The notes below the pieces were generated by a model. The model made no database searches. It saw only the letters and a program-made list of their open reading frames with translations, and was not told the origin of the DNA. Below, in pieces: positions 51,256-64,000 of a stretch of DNA of 64,000 nt (within the stretch, counting starts at the first letter, position 1; each line of letters opens with the position of its first letter). Source of the DNA: Phoronis australis (Eukaryota; Animalia; Phoronida); the NCBI GenBank assembly GCA_002633005.1, contig NMRA01000317.1:361366-425365 (forward strand). The letters are read 5' to 3'. Made by a program: the position numbers and the translations under genes.

Positions 51256-52696
51256 TGCTAAAACACAGAAAAAAACCTGCAACTGAAATGTTCAGAATAA
51301 TTCCCCTGTTCAAAAATGCGAGCACATAATTCCTAATTTAATAATTTTCACTGTTGTCAAAATTTGTCTTGTTGTGCCGTATATGTGCTTATGATATTTT
51401 TTTATTTATTCATTAGTTCTATTTGTTTATGTTTGGTTGTGATGTCAAATATTTTTAATATCACTTAAAACGGCTTTAAACCCAACTTCCATTACAAAAA
51501 CAACGACCACCTACACTTAGGTAATTGGTCTCAAATTTCCTTATTCAAATCGAAGGTAATTTCGGGTCTTCAAAAAAACTGTCACATTGCTATCAATCAA
51601 TTGAGATCATGCTCTGCAAGTCGGCTCATCAATTTATGCGACGAGCAAGGTCTCAAAAATAACGAACCGTTAGTTGTTTAGAAATCCAGAAATTAACAAG
51701 ATGAGACCATTTTATAGCACCACCTAGTGGTCGAAATCAAAAGTTCTCTTCTTTGGATTGAACTGTGGTGGAAAGGAAAAGGATGGGAGGTCAGAATTAC
51801 ATAAATCCTTGCCTTATTACATTGATTGCCATGCATGGCCAGCAATGTCTGACCACTGTGGCTTCTATCCACTTATGAACATTCTTCTAATGCCTCACCA
51901 AACCCTTGTACACATAAATTCATCCATCAAATACTAAATGAAGGATGTGCCTAAAGCTGGGGAAAGCATGGTTTAATTACTTTAAAGTACAGGAATAACA
52001 GGACATCAATGAACAAACAACACCATTAACTTTCTCCTGCTGACTATTCTTAGGACAGCCAGTAATTAAGACCAGCTTCTCCAATACTACATTCCCAACT
52101 GGGTGCTGGTATTTACAATGTGCCAGTGATTTTTCCATCCACAACATAAACCAATTTAAATGCCCCTGTTCAGCTCAACAGCTTCCCTCCCCAGTGACAT
52201 GACATCACTTTTGTTGAGAAACTTGGCATGATTCACTTCTTAAACCAAACACCCTTTCTGGGCACTTTATAAGTGCCAGGGTCTTTGTGAACACCCATCT
52301 TACAAGAATTTTTGACCCGTTTAACCTATGCAACTCACTTTGCCTTTTTTGGGCGGAAAAATATCCATTTTGCTAATAAAGTTCTTTTGGTATTCTAACT
52401 TTATTGTACTGGTGTGCAAAAATGGTAACATCATTTGTATATTAAAAGTCAATCGACCACTTGAGTAAAAGCCTATCACCGACATCCCCCCAAAAAATTT
52501 AAATGGCCAAGCTCGGCTTAATGCCCAAGTATTGATTTTTTTAATTTCCAATTTAAACACCTCAGGGTTTACAGGAACAATTAAAGCTAACATTTAGGAA
52601 CAAAAAATTACATATGCAAATCGCCAAGGCACCAGACAAAGAATAACTGAGCAGCACTCCCAGTGTAGACCTACTCAAAGGTCATAAACTGTAATA

Positions 52697-52790
52697 ACCA
52701 CCCCTGAACACTGCCACCCCTAAACACTACCACCACTGAACAATACCACCTGTGAAGACTACCACCCGTGAAGACTACCACCTCTGAATA
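52697..52790. repeat. Degenerate 16-bp minisatellite (~6 copies)
   Basis: ACCACCCCTGAACACT-type units. Confidence 0.8.
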
Positions 52791-53699
52791 CAATAAACAG
52801 GTTGTTTATAAAAAAATAACATAATCTGCAAGCAATACAGCAACAGCACATGCACACATCAGCATAAGAGCACAACCAGGAATTAGTTAAACAGCAAGCT
52901 ATCATACCATTAAATACTATCTCTTCCTTGCTTCCAGCTACTGCAAGGTCAAAGGGCACACATTCAGTGTCACAGCACCACCTACAGTAAAATCTCACCA
53001 ACAGCGGATTCTCCAGAATAATGGGTGCAAGGAAGCAACTTCCACTTGATCCTGACTCAGATTTGCTGGACAGAAGTTCATTGCTACAAAGTGGTCCATT
53101 AATTTCAAAACAGAGGAATAAATTCCATTGTCAATAGCTGCCATTGTTTGATTATTCTAAGTTCACTAATCTATTTTAGTTTTTTGACATCCCCCGGGAT
53201 CGAAATTCTCCCGCTTTATCAGTCGCAGCCACTGACTATGCAACTGCTGATTCTTCTTGGCAGTAGGAAATGTATGGGGCACAATATCCTTCATCTATGG
53301 ATATTTCAAGAGGCTTATCATGTGTGGTTAAGTGGTCCAGTGAAATGATGGATACTAGTAACACGCAGAACTGTGCGTGTGGTCACCAGTGCACATGCCT
53401 TGGTTTGGACGCCACACACGTGGCATGGAAATGCACCAAAAATATAGTGAATCCTACTGCTTTGTTTCAGGAGCGTGTCAAGAACACAAGCTTGTGAGGA
53501 GTGTGTCCATTTAGTCTGCTCTTTGTGGTGATAGCCAAACAAGTCACAAGGCATTTCTAATACATGGAGTAGTATACTCAATACATTTCTCAACATCAAC
53601 CAATCGGAATGTTGGAAAGTTATTTTCCAACCAATCACAATGCCACTTCCCTCTGTCAATCAATGAGAAGCCATGCTGCATGCTCTCCTCTCCATAGCA

Positions 53700-54305
53700 T
53701 ATGAAGAGTATAAATCCCAACAAGAGTTTGTGGCTGCAGGGATATAGAAATAGTGTCCGCCCATTTTACATACCCTGAAGAACCATGCCTCCACATGACA
53801 GACAGGGATGAGCTCAGACAACCATTCATAGCCATTCCCTACATCAAGAACCTTTCTGAACAACTTTCCTCACATCTTCAGATAACATGAGGTTAAAACA
53901 ATCTCCAAACGATCAACAGTTCAGGAAAAGTTAGTTCACACAAAGTCTCATACGGGTACCACTATAGACAATAAGTCTTGTGTTGTGTACCAGTTGTAAT
54001 GCACCACCCATCAGTACATTGGGAAAACTAAACCCACACTGCACTGTGCACACTGCACTGCGCACAAGGAGGAACATTCCAAACTTGATAGATCCACAAG
54101 CACAGAGAAACACACCCTAAACACTGAGCACACCATCCACAAGTGTAGTAGTGCCAGAACCCTTGACAGAGAGGAACACTGGTACACAAGAAAGGTCAAG
54201 CAGGCCATCTATATTAAAACCAGATGTTCCTATTTGACCAGGGAACAAAGCTTACAGCTCCCAGTGGTGTACGACCTAATTCTAGAACTAGGTCAACAAG
54301 GCCCT
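53700..54305 (+). mobile_element. Penelope-like retroelement 3' fragment (GIY-YIG endonuclease), pseudogenised
   Basis: IPYIKNLSE / KLVHTK...KSCVVYQL*C...YIGKTKPTL...EH...LDREEHWYTRKVKQAIYIK...LQLPVVYDLIL, with stops and a frameshift. Confidence 0.85.
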
Positions 54306-56741
54306 TAGAGAGAGGGTGGAGATGTCTGACTTATCAGACTCATAATGCTTTTCAGTAAGTGATTTACCTATTGAACATGTTTCCACAGTAACATACAACA
54401 GTATAACAGCAATTTGACTTGGAGCCATAAAAACACTGCGGCGCGTTATTGGTCATAGATGCCCTGAGAAATTGGGAAACCAATTTTTGACGCCGTTTTA
54501 GAAACCCTGGATGAACACCCTGGTAGATACAGGGTCAGCACTTAGCGAGTGAATAGTGACTCAGTTATGGATACCGCAAGTCACTGAATAAGTCACGGAA
54601 TCAGTCAGCAAGTACACAGATAGAGGCTCACGAGTCCATCAGTTTGATTGTGATATTCCCCATCTAATCAACAAATTGTAGCTAAATATCCTAAACATGC
54701 TTTTTTCAAAATATTAATATTTTTTTCAGTTGTGTTGCTTCACTACTTCTATGTAGATAGCCTAATCAATAGACGCAATACATCGCCTGTAAATGGAGAC
54801 ACTGTAATGAAGCTGCTCAACGGATTGATGTTACAGTTTCCTGTGACAAATAGATGGAATAATTATACACTACCAAAACTGCGACGTTGATTTCAAAACA
54901 TAACGCCAGACAGACATGCAGTCCAGTCATGCCTCTTGTTACTTAGTGAAATGAAATTTTTCCAAGTATATTGCTTTGTCATAATTCTTTTGTTCGTTTT
55001 TTTTGTTTGAAGGCTACAAATTGCAATTCACATGAGATCAACCTGAAATTTACACCTAACATGTTGAATTGCATGAAGCCTACCGTTTTTGGTTAAAATC
55101 GGACGCGAGATGGTGCTGTGGTGAGCATTTTTCAACTTTTTGGTTTGCAGAACCATAGCTCCACAATTTTTTGGTGGGATTTTTCTTCTATGGATAGATC
55201 ATTCCAAGCGTTATCACAAATGTGTCATTTGTTTTTATCTAGGTCTTACTGGTCTCCAGTTATTTGAGATTTTCCAAGCACTGGTCTCCGATTAACTGAG
55301 TTTTTGTGTCGTAACTTCGGTGTCCCTTGACAGATCTGTTTGAAATTTGATACATGGGTGGATCTTTTGGGCACTATCAGCATCGTGAAACATGTTTCTT
55401 GTTATGGCTTAGCGTCCTTTCTCAGACGACTGTTCTTTTGTTGAAAAGTAATTTATAGCTGCACTTTGTTAGCCTGTCATATTTGAGATAAAATTTTAAC
55501 TTTTCGTCTAATCAACATGAAATTTATGTACAGTATTAACTTAGTTACTAGCCTGAGGGCTTTGTTCTTGGGTGAAATCGGATGTAAGATGGCACTGTCA
55601 TTTTTCGAATTGTGTTTGCGGGACTTTAGCTCCGCCATCACTTGACCGAATCTTTTTACATTTGGTATGTAAATAGATCTCCTTACGAGCTATCTGATAT
55701 GGTGGTGTGCACATAATAAGCCTCCGGGTCATGGTTGTTGCATAAATACAGAGCTTTGGAAAAAAGTGGGTAAAAAACTAGACAGCTAAATTTGAAATGA
55801 ATTTAATAGCATTAAAAGTACACCAATCCTTGAGTAAAGCAAGTAGATTATGACTCGCTAAAAATATTGTTGTACTGTTATTTTGCTGATTTTGAGAGCA
55901 AACACATTCGTCAGTTTTCAGAGCCATGAAATAGAGCATCACCTATTGGCCAACTTCTTTTTTCGTCGATTCTTCAATCAACTGTTCTTCTTCCAAACAC
56001 ACAATGTTGCCTATGAATTACCGAAATTGGTTTTAATATGTTGCACAATTTTAGTGCTTTATAACCAGCAAACCAAATTTCTGAGCAAATTTTGCTCCAT
56101 CAAAGCTCTCATAATCTCCCGCAAAAATTAGGAAATGACGCACGACACGAGCGTATTTTTACCAAGTCGACCAGCTTTTTATAGGTTAAGGAGCAACCTA
56201 CTGGATGGCACTGTTACATGCCTACAACATATAGTGCACGTCAACAAATGGAAACATCTGTCCGTTTTCCTAAAGGAGACTGGAAGACTTAAAAACTTTC
56301 TTCACAAGGAGCCATAATTGGGGTCTCGTGCTTTTGCTCCGGTGTTTTGTGCAATGGGTCCAACCATGAGCCTGCGCACGTCTGGTGCACCGCAAATGAC
56401 ATCGGACCACCTGCACTGTTTTTTTTTTGTTTTTTTTAAGTCGACCACAAATTTTTCTAAGCAACAAAAGCTTGAGAATGATGCAAGAAAATGTTTATTA
56501 AATGTTTTAACCTGAATGGATGTAACGGGCAACATTGCCGGTTGAGTCCCAGACATGCATGCACATGTTCAGTTGTTAGTTCTACATCTTGACACAAGTT
56601 TCACAACGAGGTGACGAGCAAAATTAGCGACGAGATGGTGCGACAGTTTGAAGACAGTACAAAATTTACATGCATCCATTCACAGCTGTATGTTGCCGCT
56701 AATCTTTATAAAGCTTGCGCCAGGGAATATGACGTCTTATC

Positions 56742-57008
56742 TATGCGCGCACCCAGCCTTTAATATGGGGGGGGGCTCGAATTTCCGAGGATGTGGATCT
56801 TTTACCTACAAAAAAGCCGAAGGACTAAAAAAAAAACGGGGTACCACACCCAGAGCTGTGAATTGTGCGTTTGCGCCTTTCTAGTGGACTTTTTGTCTCA
56901 TTTTCTCGGACTTTTTGTTGACCCGAGGCGTACCTTTTGGTCCACTTCGCCAAATGGGGGGCTCGTTCGAGCCCCTCGAGCCGGCGAGCTCCCCTGGGTG
57001 CGCGCATG
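56742..57008. mobile_element. MITE with TIR (C/T)ATGCGCGCACCCAG (hAT-like); a related partial inverted copy lies at 60818-60900
   Basis: Inverted termini and GGGGCTCG/CGAGCCCC subterminal motifs; no TSD seen. Confidence 0.7.
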
Positions 57009-57362
57009 ATATCCCCTGGCATGAGTTGAGTAAAAATGGCCAGTGCCAATTTGGGCAACTGAACAAAGGGCTTCTGAAAAAAATGTTTGATTGTGGCCGT
57101 GGGAGTATTTGTTCGAGCTGGGAAGAGTTAAAAACATCAACGGCTTCCTAAGGTGTTCCTCTTGGCGCAAAAGGTATTTACACCAACATCACTTAGATGG
57201 TTTTTTCAGTGTTAGGCATGATTCGCTTAACAGGTTTCAGCGGATGAAGGGCCTATGACGACTATATGTCATGGGATGGCCACCATCTCTATGAGTATGT
57301 ACCGTTTTCCTGAATACTGGTGCCAGTTGAGATGGTAAGTACTGTCTACCAGGCTGGTTAGG

Positions 57363-58165
57363 TATGGGCAGCGAAAAGGTTCAAAATAGACAACACTGCC
57401 AAATTTAAAAGTTACTTTTTAAACAGACAGGTTATTTGGTTCAGTTTTGGCAAACAGACAGGTTATTTGGTTAAATTTTGACAAACAGACAGGTTATTTG
57501 GTTTATTTTCGACAAACAGACAGGTTATTTAGAGAACGAACAAGTCACTTCTATCAAACAGACAGGTTAGTCAAGTCGAATGAACATGTTGGTCTTGCCA
57601 AACAGACGTAGTAGTCGTACAGACAGGACAGAGGGCGCTGTCTCAACTCTAAAAATAGTTGACGTCATGAAGTCATGAGCCCCGCAATGAGCACAGAAAT
57701 TCCAAAAAGTTGTTTTGGTGCTGGTCTGTTGCAGTGAAGAATTTCTTTCATAGGACTGTTCTCAATTTGTCATCGACCATTCTTAAATAAATTTATGGAA
57801 TCGTGATGCGTTTGCTTGTTTAAACCAAGCTGCCAAATGGTAGATTGAACTGTTTCACGACCACGCATGTAAACAGGTATTCAAAGCTAGGTTCGGCCAC
57901 CCCGCCAATTAATCGTTATTCCATAATTTGAGGTCAAACTGTTAATATTATGACATGCAATCATGTGTGATCAGGTTTGTTACTTTGTTATTGCATATTG
58001 GGTTAGCCTCATCTGCAAAGTTGACTTGTCTGTTTGGAAAACCATAGCATTCTTGACCTGTTTATTTGACGAATCACTTGTCTTTTTAGCAAACCACTTG
58101 TCTGTTTGTCAAACCACTTGTTTATTTGGCACTGGTGTCTATTTTGAACCTTTTCGCTGCCCATA
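57363..58165. mobile_element. MITE with TIR TATGGGCAGCGAAAAGGTTCAAAATAGACA, 6-bp TSD GTTAGG and AAACAGACAGGT subterminal repeats
   Basis: 30-bp perfect TIR; GTTAGG at 57357-57362 and 58166-58171. Confidence 0.9.
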
Positions 58166-58480
58166 GTTAGGGTTAGCCATTAGCAGTCGACAAAAGTCGG
58201 ATATAGCCGTCCCTGATTCAAAGAGCCAGTTTCATAAACTGATAAACGGGTGTATTACTAGTAGCCGACAATCCCCCCAACCACGCCACGGCCACATGTT
58301 GCAGAGTGCACTATCAATGCTCAGCAGTTACGTAAAGGCCTGAATTTTTTGAGAAGGAAATTTTCAAAATATGCGCCGTGACTACCAAAAGTAGTTCCAT
58401 TCATGACATCTTGACACACCTCATAACACAACGAACAAAGATGACGGCTTAGAAATGAAGCACATAAAAATAAATCGTAC

Positions 58481-58530
58481 CGTTTTCGTTCAGATCCTGG
58501 GCGCCGCCATATTTGTTTCGTGGACACGAA
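58481..58530 (-). promoter_or_regulatory. Candidate non-coding first exon / TSS region of IBTK, with a YY1-like motif and uORF MAAPRI*
   Basis: Minus strand reads AAATATGGCGGCGCCCAGGATCTGA...AAACG|GTACGA: a CpG-rich patch, a YY1-type ATGGCGGC motif and a plausible donor. The 5' end is unknown and no transcript evidence is available. Confidence 0.4.
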
Positions 58531-61500
58531 TCTTTAGCGTAAAGAACTAAAACGTGTTAAATATTTAAAATGAAAATAAATGACAATAATTTCATTAAGA
58601 TTTACATGATTGGAAAAATATGACATCGTGTACCCATAAACTCATTAAATTTTGTTTGTAGTAGAATTTAGGTTATTGCAAGGTTTGAGAGTATATGTAA
58701 CCCGAATTTTAGCCTGGAGTGCCCGGTTGCATGAAACACTCCCAAATAGGGACTCGACTAAGTTCCCTAAGTCTACCGCGTATTTGTGGGCTCGTGAAAA
58801 CACCTGTTGTCTTTTCTTATGCTGTACTTAGTCAACTTTTGTCTTTGATGCAAATCGAGGGTGAAGTACATTGAATTCTCAATATTTGCATTGAATGGGA
58901 TGTTAGTGCACTGACATCCCTAATTGCAGTTAGGAAGTAAATCCATAGTTGATTGAATTAAGGGCTCAGTTTTTAGCTATCTTATTAGAAACCGTCATTT
59001 AGTTAAAGAGAAGACCATAATAAAAATAAAATAATAGAAAAAATATTACACCTGTGAGTAAAGAACAAAACAAATACCCCAAAAGGCTTAGGGACCTTAC
59101 TAAGTTGCCGGGACTAGTGACAGTGGACTAGGCGGCCAGGTCACAAGATGTGAGAATGAATGTTGACCAATAAAAATTTTAAACATCGATGAATTTTGAC
59201 AGCTTTATTTTAATTATCTTGTTTGTTTGACATTTAAGTCAGTGCTGTAGTGGTAAAATTAGAGGTAAGTAGGCCCCCAAACTTGAAGCCCACCGTATCA
59301 CACTGAGCACTGAACGTAACTTAGGGTGTGTATGCGCAGTTAAAATCAGCCTTAGGCCTACAGTAATTTGCCTGGTCGGAAAGAGTAAAACCGTCAGATC
59401 CCATTATATTTTATAAAACATTTTAAGCATATTAAACTGAACATATGATTGCCTTAATTTTCCATTAAGTGTTGATTTATTTCTCTGTAAAATTTACGGT
59501 AGCGAGATGGCATGAAAATATTATTTATGATGAGGCCAAGGTGACCTTCAAAAATGCTGTGATACAGAAAGGTCACGAAGAGTCTTCAGCGATTTTAGCC
59601 CGACGTTAAGAGATAGATTATTAGAACCAATTTAAGATTACTTCTTTATAGTTCATAGTTTTGATTTTGATTTCGAGACTATGATTTTTATTGAAAAGTT
59701 AAAAAAGCCACAAGAAATATATGTGTTGTGAGTTCTCTCTACACAAGTCTCACTATACTACCATATACCTATTGATGTAATAAATAACGACTCATCCATT
59801 CACTTAACACTTTTTATATTTAATCAAGCCGTAACAAGAAAAAATAGCCAATAAAACACGCTCATTCGATACGAGTATTCGTGATAACTAAAAAATGTGA
59901 TGATTTTCAAAGTTAGTTGCAGCTCCGTAAAAGAAAAAAGTTATTTTATCACTTTACTGCACGGTGGACCTATTACTGGGCTGCCCCAGAGAACAATACG
60001 CGTGTATTGTACTCGCTGGTGTTGCTTTACGTAACAAATGACTTCATGGGCGAAGGAAGATTAGCAAACGCTATTGTGAAGTTGAGAATTTAAAAATGTA
60101 CACGATTAAAGTTCAGGGGGGGGGGGGGGTCAGGTGGAGGTTGCCGCGCTTGGTCGTTATCATTATGTTGCGGCTAATCGTGGACATGTACTTTTGAGTG
60201 TGTTCATGCGTTGGGCCACTTAAGTTGGTAATGGGTTTCGTATGCTATGCACCTTAATGACATCATTTAACTTGTGACATCTTAACTCACCGACGCAAGT
60301 TCATAAGTTAAATAACGACCTCAGCAGAACAAGTATCTGGGCTCTATAACAAGGACATTGAAAGATAATTTATTGTATTCCCCGTAATTATTTTAAATCA
60401 ATGCGAAAGAGGACGAAAGTACTGTCGCAGAACATGTTTTGAAACGCAGATACCTCTATGTCGTAACTGAGAAGTTGGTCTATACTGTACAGAAACGCGC
60501 GTATTTAGGCCCATGCACCTGTATGTGAAACTAAGCCTACATTGTTATGTGAATTAGGTCTATGTGCCTATATGTGAAAGACTTGAGTAAAACCAGAGAT
60601 TTAAAAATAAAATGTGACTGAACTCTCGACTTGTTCATTTCAAAATGTCAGACAGTGCCATGCATTCAATTTAACACTTCCTAAAAATGAAAAATGTTTA
60701 AGACTTTGTAAGAAGTACTATGCGTTATTCACTGATCTCTATATCGCTAATAAGAAAAGTTTTTAAAATGTTCCACTTGTGCACGAGAACTTTTATTTAG
60801 TGATAATTCATAAAATTCATGCGCCCACCCCGGAGGGGGAGGGCTCGGGGCTCGAACGAGCCCCCCATGTGGCAAAGAGGGCAAAAAGGTCCGCCTCAGA
60901 GAAACTACAACTCCAGCAAAAGTAAAAAACGAGACGTTGACTTGGCGGGGTTATTGGATTTTGAATTTAGTGACTTAATTTGTGGCGCTGCACCTGGAAT
61001 AACGAATAACAGCTTATAGAACACCAGAATCTTAGCTCAATTAAGTCAAAAATTTGGAACAGGAACATTGCAAACTACCATAGCCGTAGCTAGACAATCG
61101 GCATAATAGACACACCTAAAAAGCGAATTAACGCGTTCTCTCAAGCAGCCCTAAATAGCGCGATAACGTGAAAAGTTCATACGTGTTAACCACTGACAGG
61201 CTCAGAATTGCATATATGGGCCTAAAACGCGCATTTTTATGCATATGGATGGCCATTGAACGAGATGATGTGGATAGTCGAACAAATGACATTGAATGTT
61301 AATATTCAAACGTTACATATTAACATACATGTAGATACAACTGAAGAAAACTGCCAAAGTACATTTTTTCGTTTTACGTAATTGTCTTAAGTGGTATATG
61401 CGTGTCATGTTGAATTTAACGGGGACAACCGTACAAGACAAAACAGCACATTCGACTGTTCAGTATCAAGAATCACTTTAAAATCAATTAATCAGTTCAT

Positions 61501-62393
61501 TTCAAAATGTTTAGGTATAAGTAAATAAGACATTTCATTTAAATGCTACTTTTGAAGATGCCATGATTCATTGGAAAATAAGGGAATTCAATACTTAATC
61601 TAAAACGAAATGTTTTCCCAACTGAGGCCTCAATATGGTCAATATGAACATTTTGAAATGAGCTCATTAACTACAACTAATGACTTGTTTTTCTCCCTGT
61701 TATAGTATTTGGTTTCGACCATCGAAATGGAATTAGAGATCACATGACATTGAGTTAAAGCAACCCAATTATGGAAGTTAAGCCCCAGAAGTATCATTAC
61801 TGGCTACGGCGTTACATTCCGTTTCCCTATTACATGTATCAGATTGTCTTTAACTGATCTTCTTCGAGGCTATACCGGTTTTCATTTGTGAGCAAGTATG
61901 CAAACACTTTGGAGCTAGAAAGTTGAAAATCCATCCAACTAGGGGAGCCAAGACGTAGTCAGGTTACCGGAAGAACACGGCTCACGTACTCTCGGACTTG
62001 TAAAACACGGCTTACGTACCTATAATAAACGCGGATCACTGACTCGCATGATAAAAAATATACGTGGGCGACTCTGAGTCTGTGAGCAGCGTTACAAGTG
62101 CCGGAACCGTATGTGCGGTGCGCATGAGCCGTGCTTTTTTGGGCTCGTAAGCTATTTTGTGAGTGCACGAGAGTGTTAGTGCCAGTGAACTGGATTCACA
62201 TGTCTATTAATTGTGTTCATGAGTGCGTGAGCCGAGTAGTCTAATCATAAATGTATCGAATAAAAAAAAACATGTTGTGTGCATCAGCGCTTTGATCCAA
62301 TGACAAGTGTACTTTTCTAGGTAACATGAATTTATACTTAACGAAATCGCAACAGAATGGCACAGTGTCTCGAAATATTTCCTTGACTAACAG

Positions 62394-62533
62394 GGTCCAG
62401 TTCAGTAACGCAAGTGTCTCCCTAGAAAAGTAAGATCTCGCCAGATTCCGAGAGATATTGCCGTGTAATTTCAATGAGAGCACGAGATTTTGGCTAGATT
62501 TTTCTCCCCGCGAGACACTTATTGAACTCGACC
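62394..62533. mobile_element. Small Harbinger-like MITE with TSD CAG
   Basis: GGTCCAGTTCAGTAA ... TTATTGAACTCGACC flanked by CAG/CAG. Confidence 0.65.
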
Positions 62534-64000
62534 CAGTACTTTCATTAGTTATTTTTAAAAATGTAGGTATAAACAGTATAAGATTATGTTCCTATAGCCG
62601 ATATGATTTTTTAAAAATATATATGTCAAAAATTCGTGAGCTTTTCGAAAACATCGGATGTATTTTAAAACATTCTGTTAAAAGACAGTATGCCTCAGGA
62701 GACTGCGAAAGGAACAACGCACTTCCTGTTTAGAACAGATGGAAGAAAGCGGAACACATGTCATTTCCGTTTCATTACCATCGAAAGCTGAAAACTTCCG
62801 TCTTGTAAATATAACTGCGCTACAGTTGTCTGCGCAAAATTTAAAGTGCAGGTGGAGTGGATGAAGTACCTCGTCACAGCCACTTTGTATATACTTGCTG
62901 TGTAACTGTAACCCTAAATAGAAAACATCTTACCTTTACGTACTTTGTAATTTATTTTTTGTGTGAACGTACGGGAATAAGTACGTCTGCACTCATTTTG
63001 CAACGGGAGACTTTCAAGCAACAAGGTAACTGTTCACATGGGACCGGATATTCATGACTTCTGGAGGAGGCAATTTCACTTTTTGTTAAAACGTACCACG
63101 TCTAACTAATCACATTCGCCGGCCCCACCTGTTCAACTCCCGCTGTTTACTGACAATCTCCCGTTGCTTTGACGTCATATTTGAATACTGTTTAACTGTC
63201 GCGGTAATTGACTAAATTGGGTATAATTAAAAGGACGTAAAGTCAGTGTTCACCTTTGACTAGAGCTGCTAAACTTCCTTCCGTTAAAATTTGTAAAATG
63301 CAATTACACACACAGTATATGAAAGATGCAAATTTTAGTATGTTCGACTGATGGCACACATTCTAAAGGACGGACTGATGAAAACAAAAAGAGGCATGTT
63401 TCGTATTTAGTGTTAGTGAGCCCTTGTTTTTACTATTTTAGATTAATTTGAATTGTTTAGAGTAAGAGCTGGAGATTTGATTACTTTCAACAAACACGTC
63501 TATCACGGAAAATAAATATTTATTAGGAAGAGAGCTACGTGACAAATATTCTACAAAATGCGACGAGCATAAACAAATGCATCATGTCGAGTTCTGCACT
63601 TAGCACGTGCAAAAGTAAATGTTATAGTTTCTCAAGAATTCTGTGGAAATTATAACGAGAGGTGAACAGCAAACACAACCAATATCTGAGTAACAAATTG
63701 TAGGCTCCCCTGATGATCTCCACTATAAATGACAAAGTGAGATCAAACTCAGTAGAGGAGGCGGAAACTGAAATGTTGGTGACCACGGCGATCAATCGGT
63801 TCCTCGTGTAAATGTCAACAACTCGTTGTTTTAAATTGATGAACTAACTTTCTTACCGGTCCAGAATAAAACTTTGGGAAATTCTTTCGTTGTTTGTTTT
63901 CGCTTCCAGTTTTCCCACAGTGGCCACACAACATTTCATCTTTCGAGCATCACCGTGGTAGTGTCTTTACTATATACGTTCTTTCTTTCCTTTTGTTGAG

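Noticed and set aside
56742-60900. Related GC-rich termini read as one 4-kb element
   Set aside because: The first copy is complete with its own TIRs and the second terminus faces away from it, so these are independent insertions

Overview
Animal genomic DNA, AT-rich and intron-rich; the repeat types suggest a marine invertebrate such as a mollusc (inference). One intact gene is supported: IBTK (inhibitor of Bruton tyrosine kinase; ankyrin-RCC1-BTB) on the minus strand. I assembled it by hand into 23 GT-AG coding exons with consistent phases (3825 nt, 1274 aa, 5123-51223), plus a candidate non-coding first exon near 58.5 kb; the predicted leader carries two tiny uORFs. The rest is transposon-derived: a tandem miniature BEL/Pao LTR element nested in a decayed Kolobok-type transposase, a Helitron, a Helentron-type element with a phased array of CTCF-like motifs, several MITEs with readable TSDs, a tRNA-SINE, LINE and Penelope-like fragments, and minisatellites. 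The 11-kb last intron is bracketed by a pair of inverted repeats. No prokaryotic features, CRISPR arrays, rRNA or true tRNA genes were found. All family assignments come from recalled motifs, not database searches.
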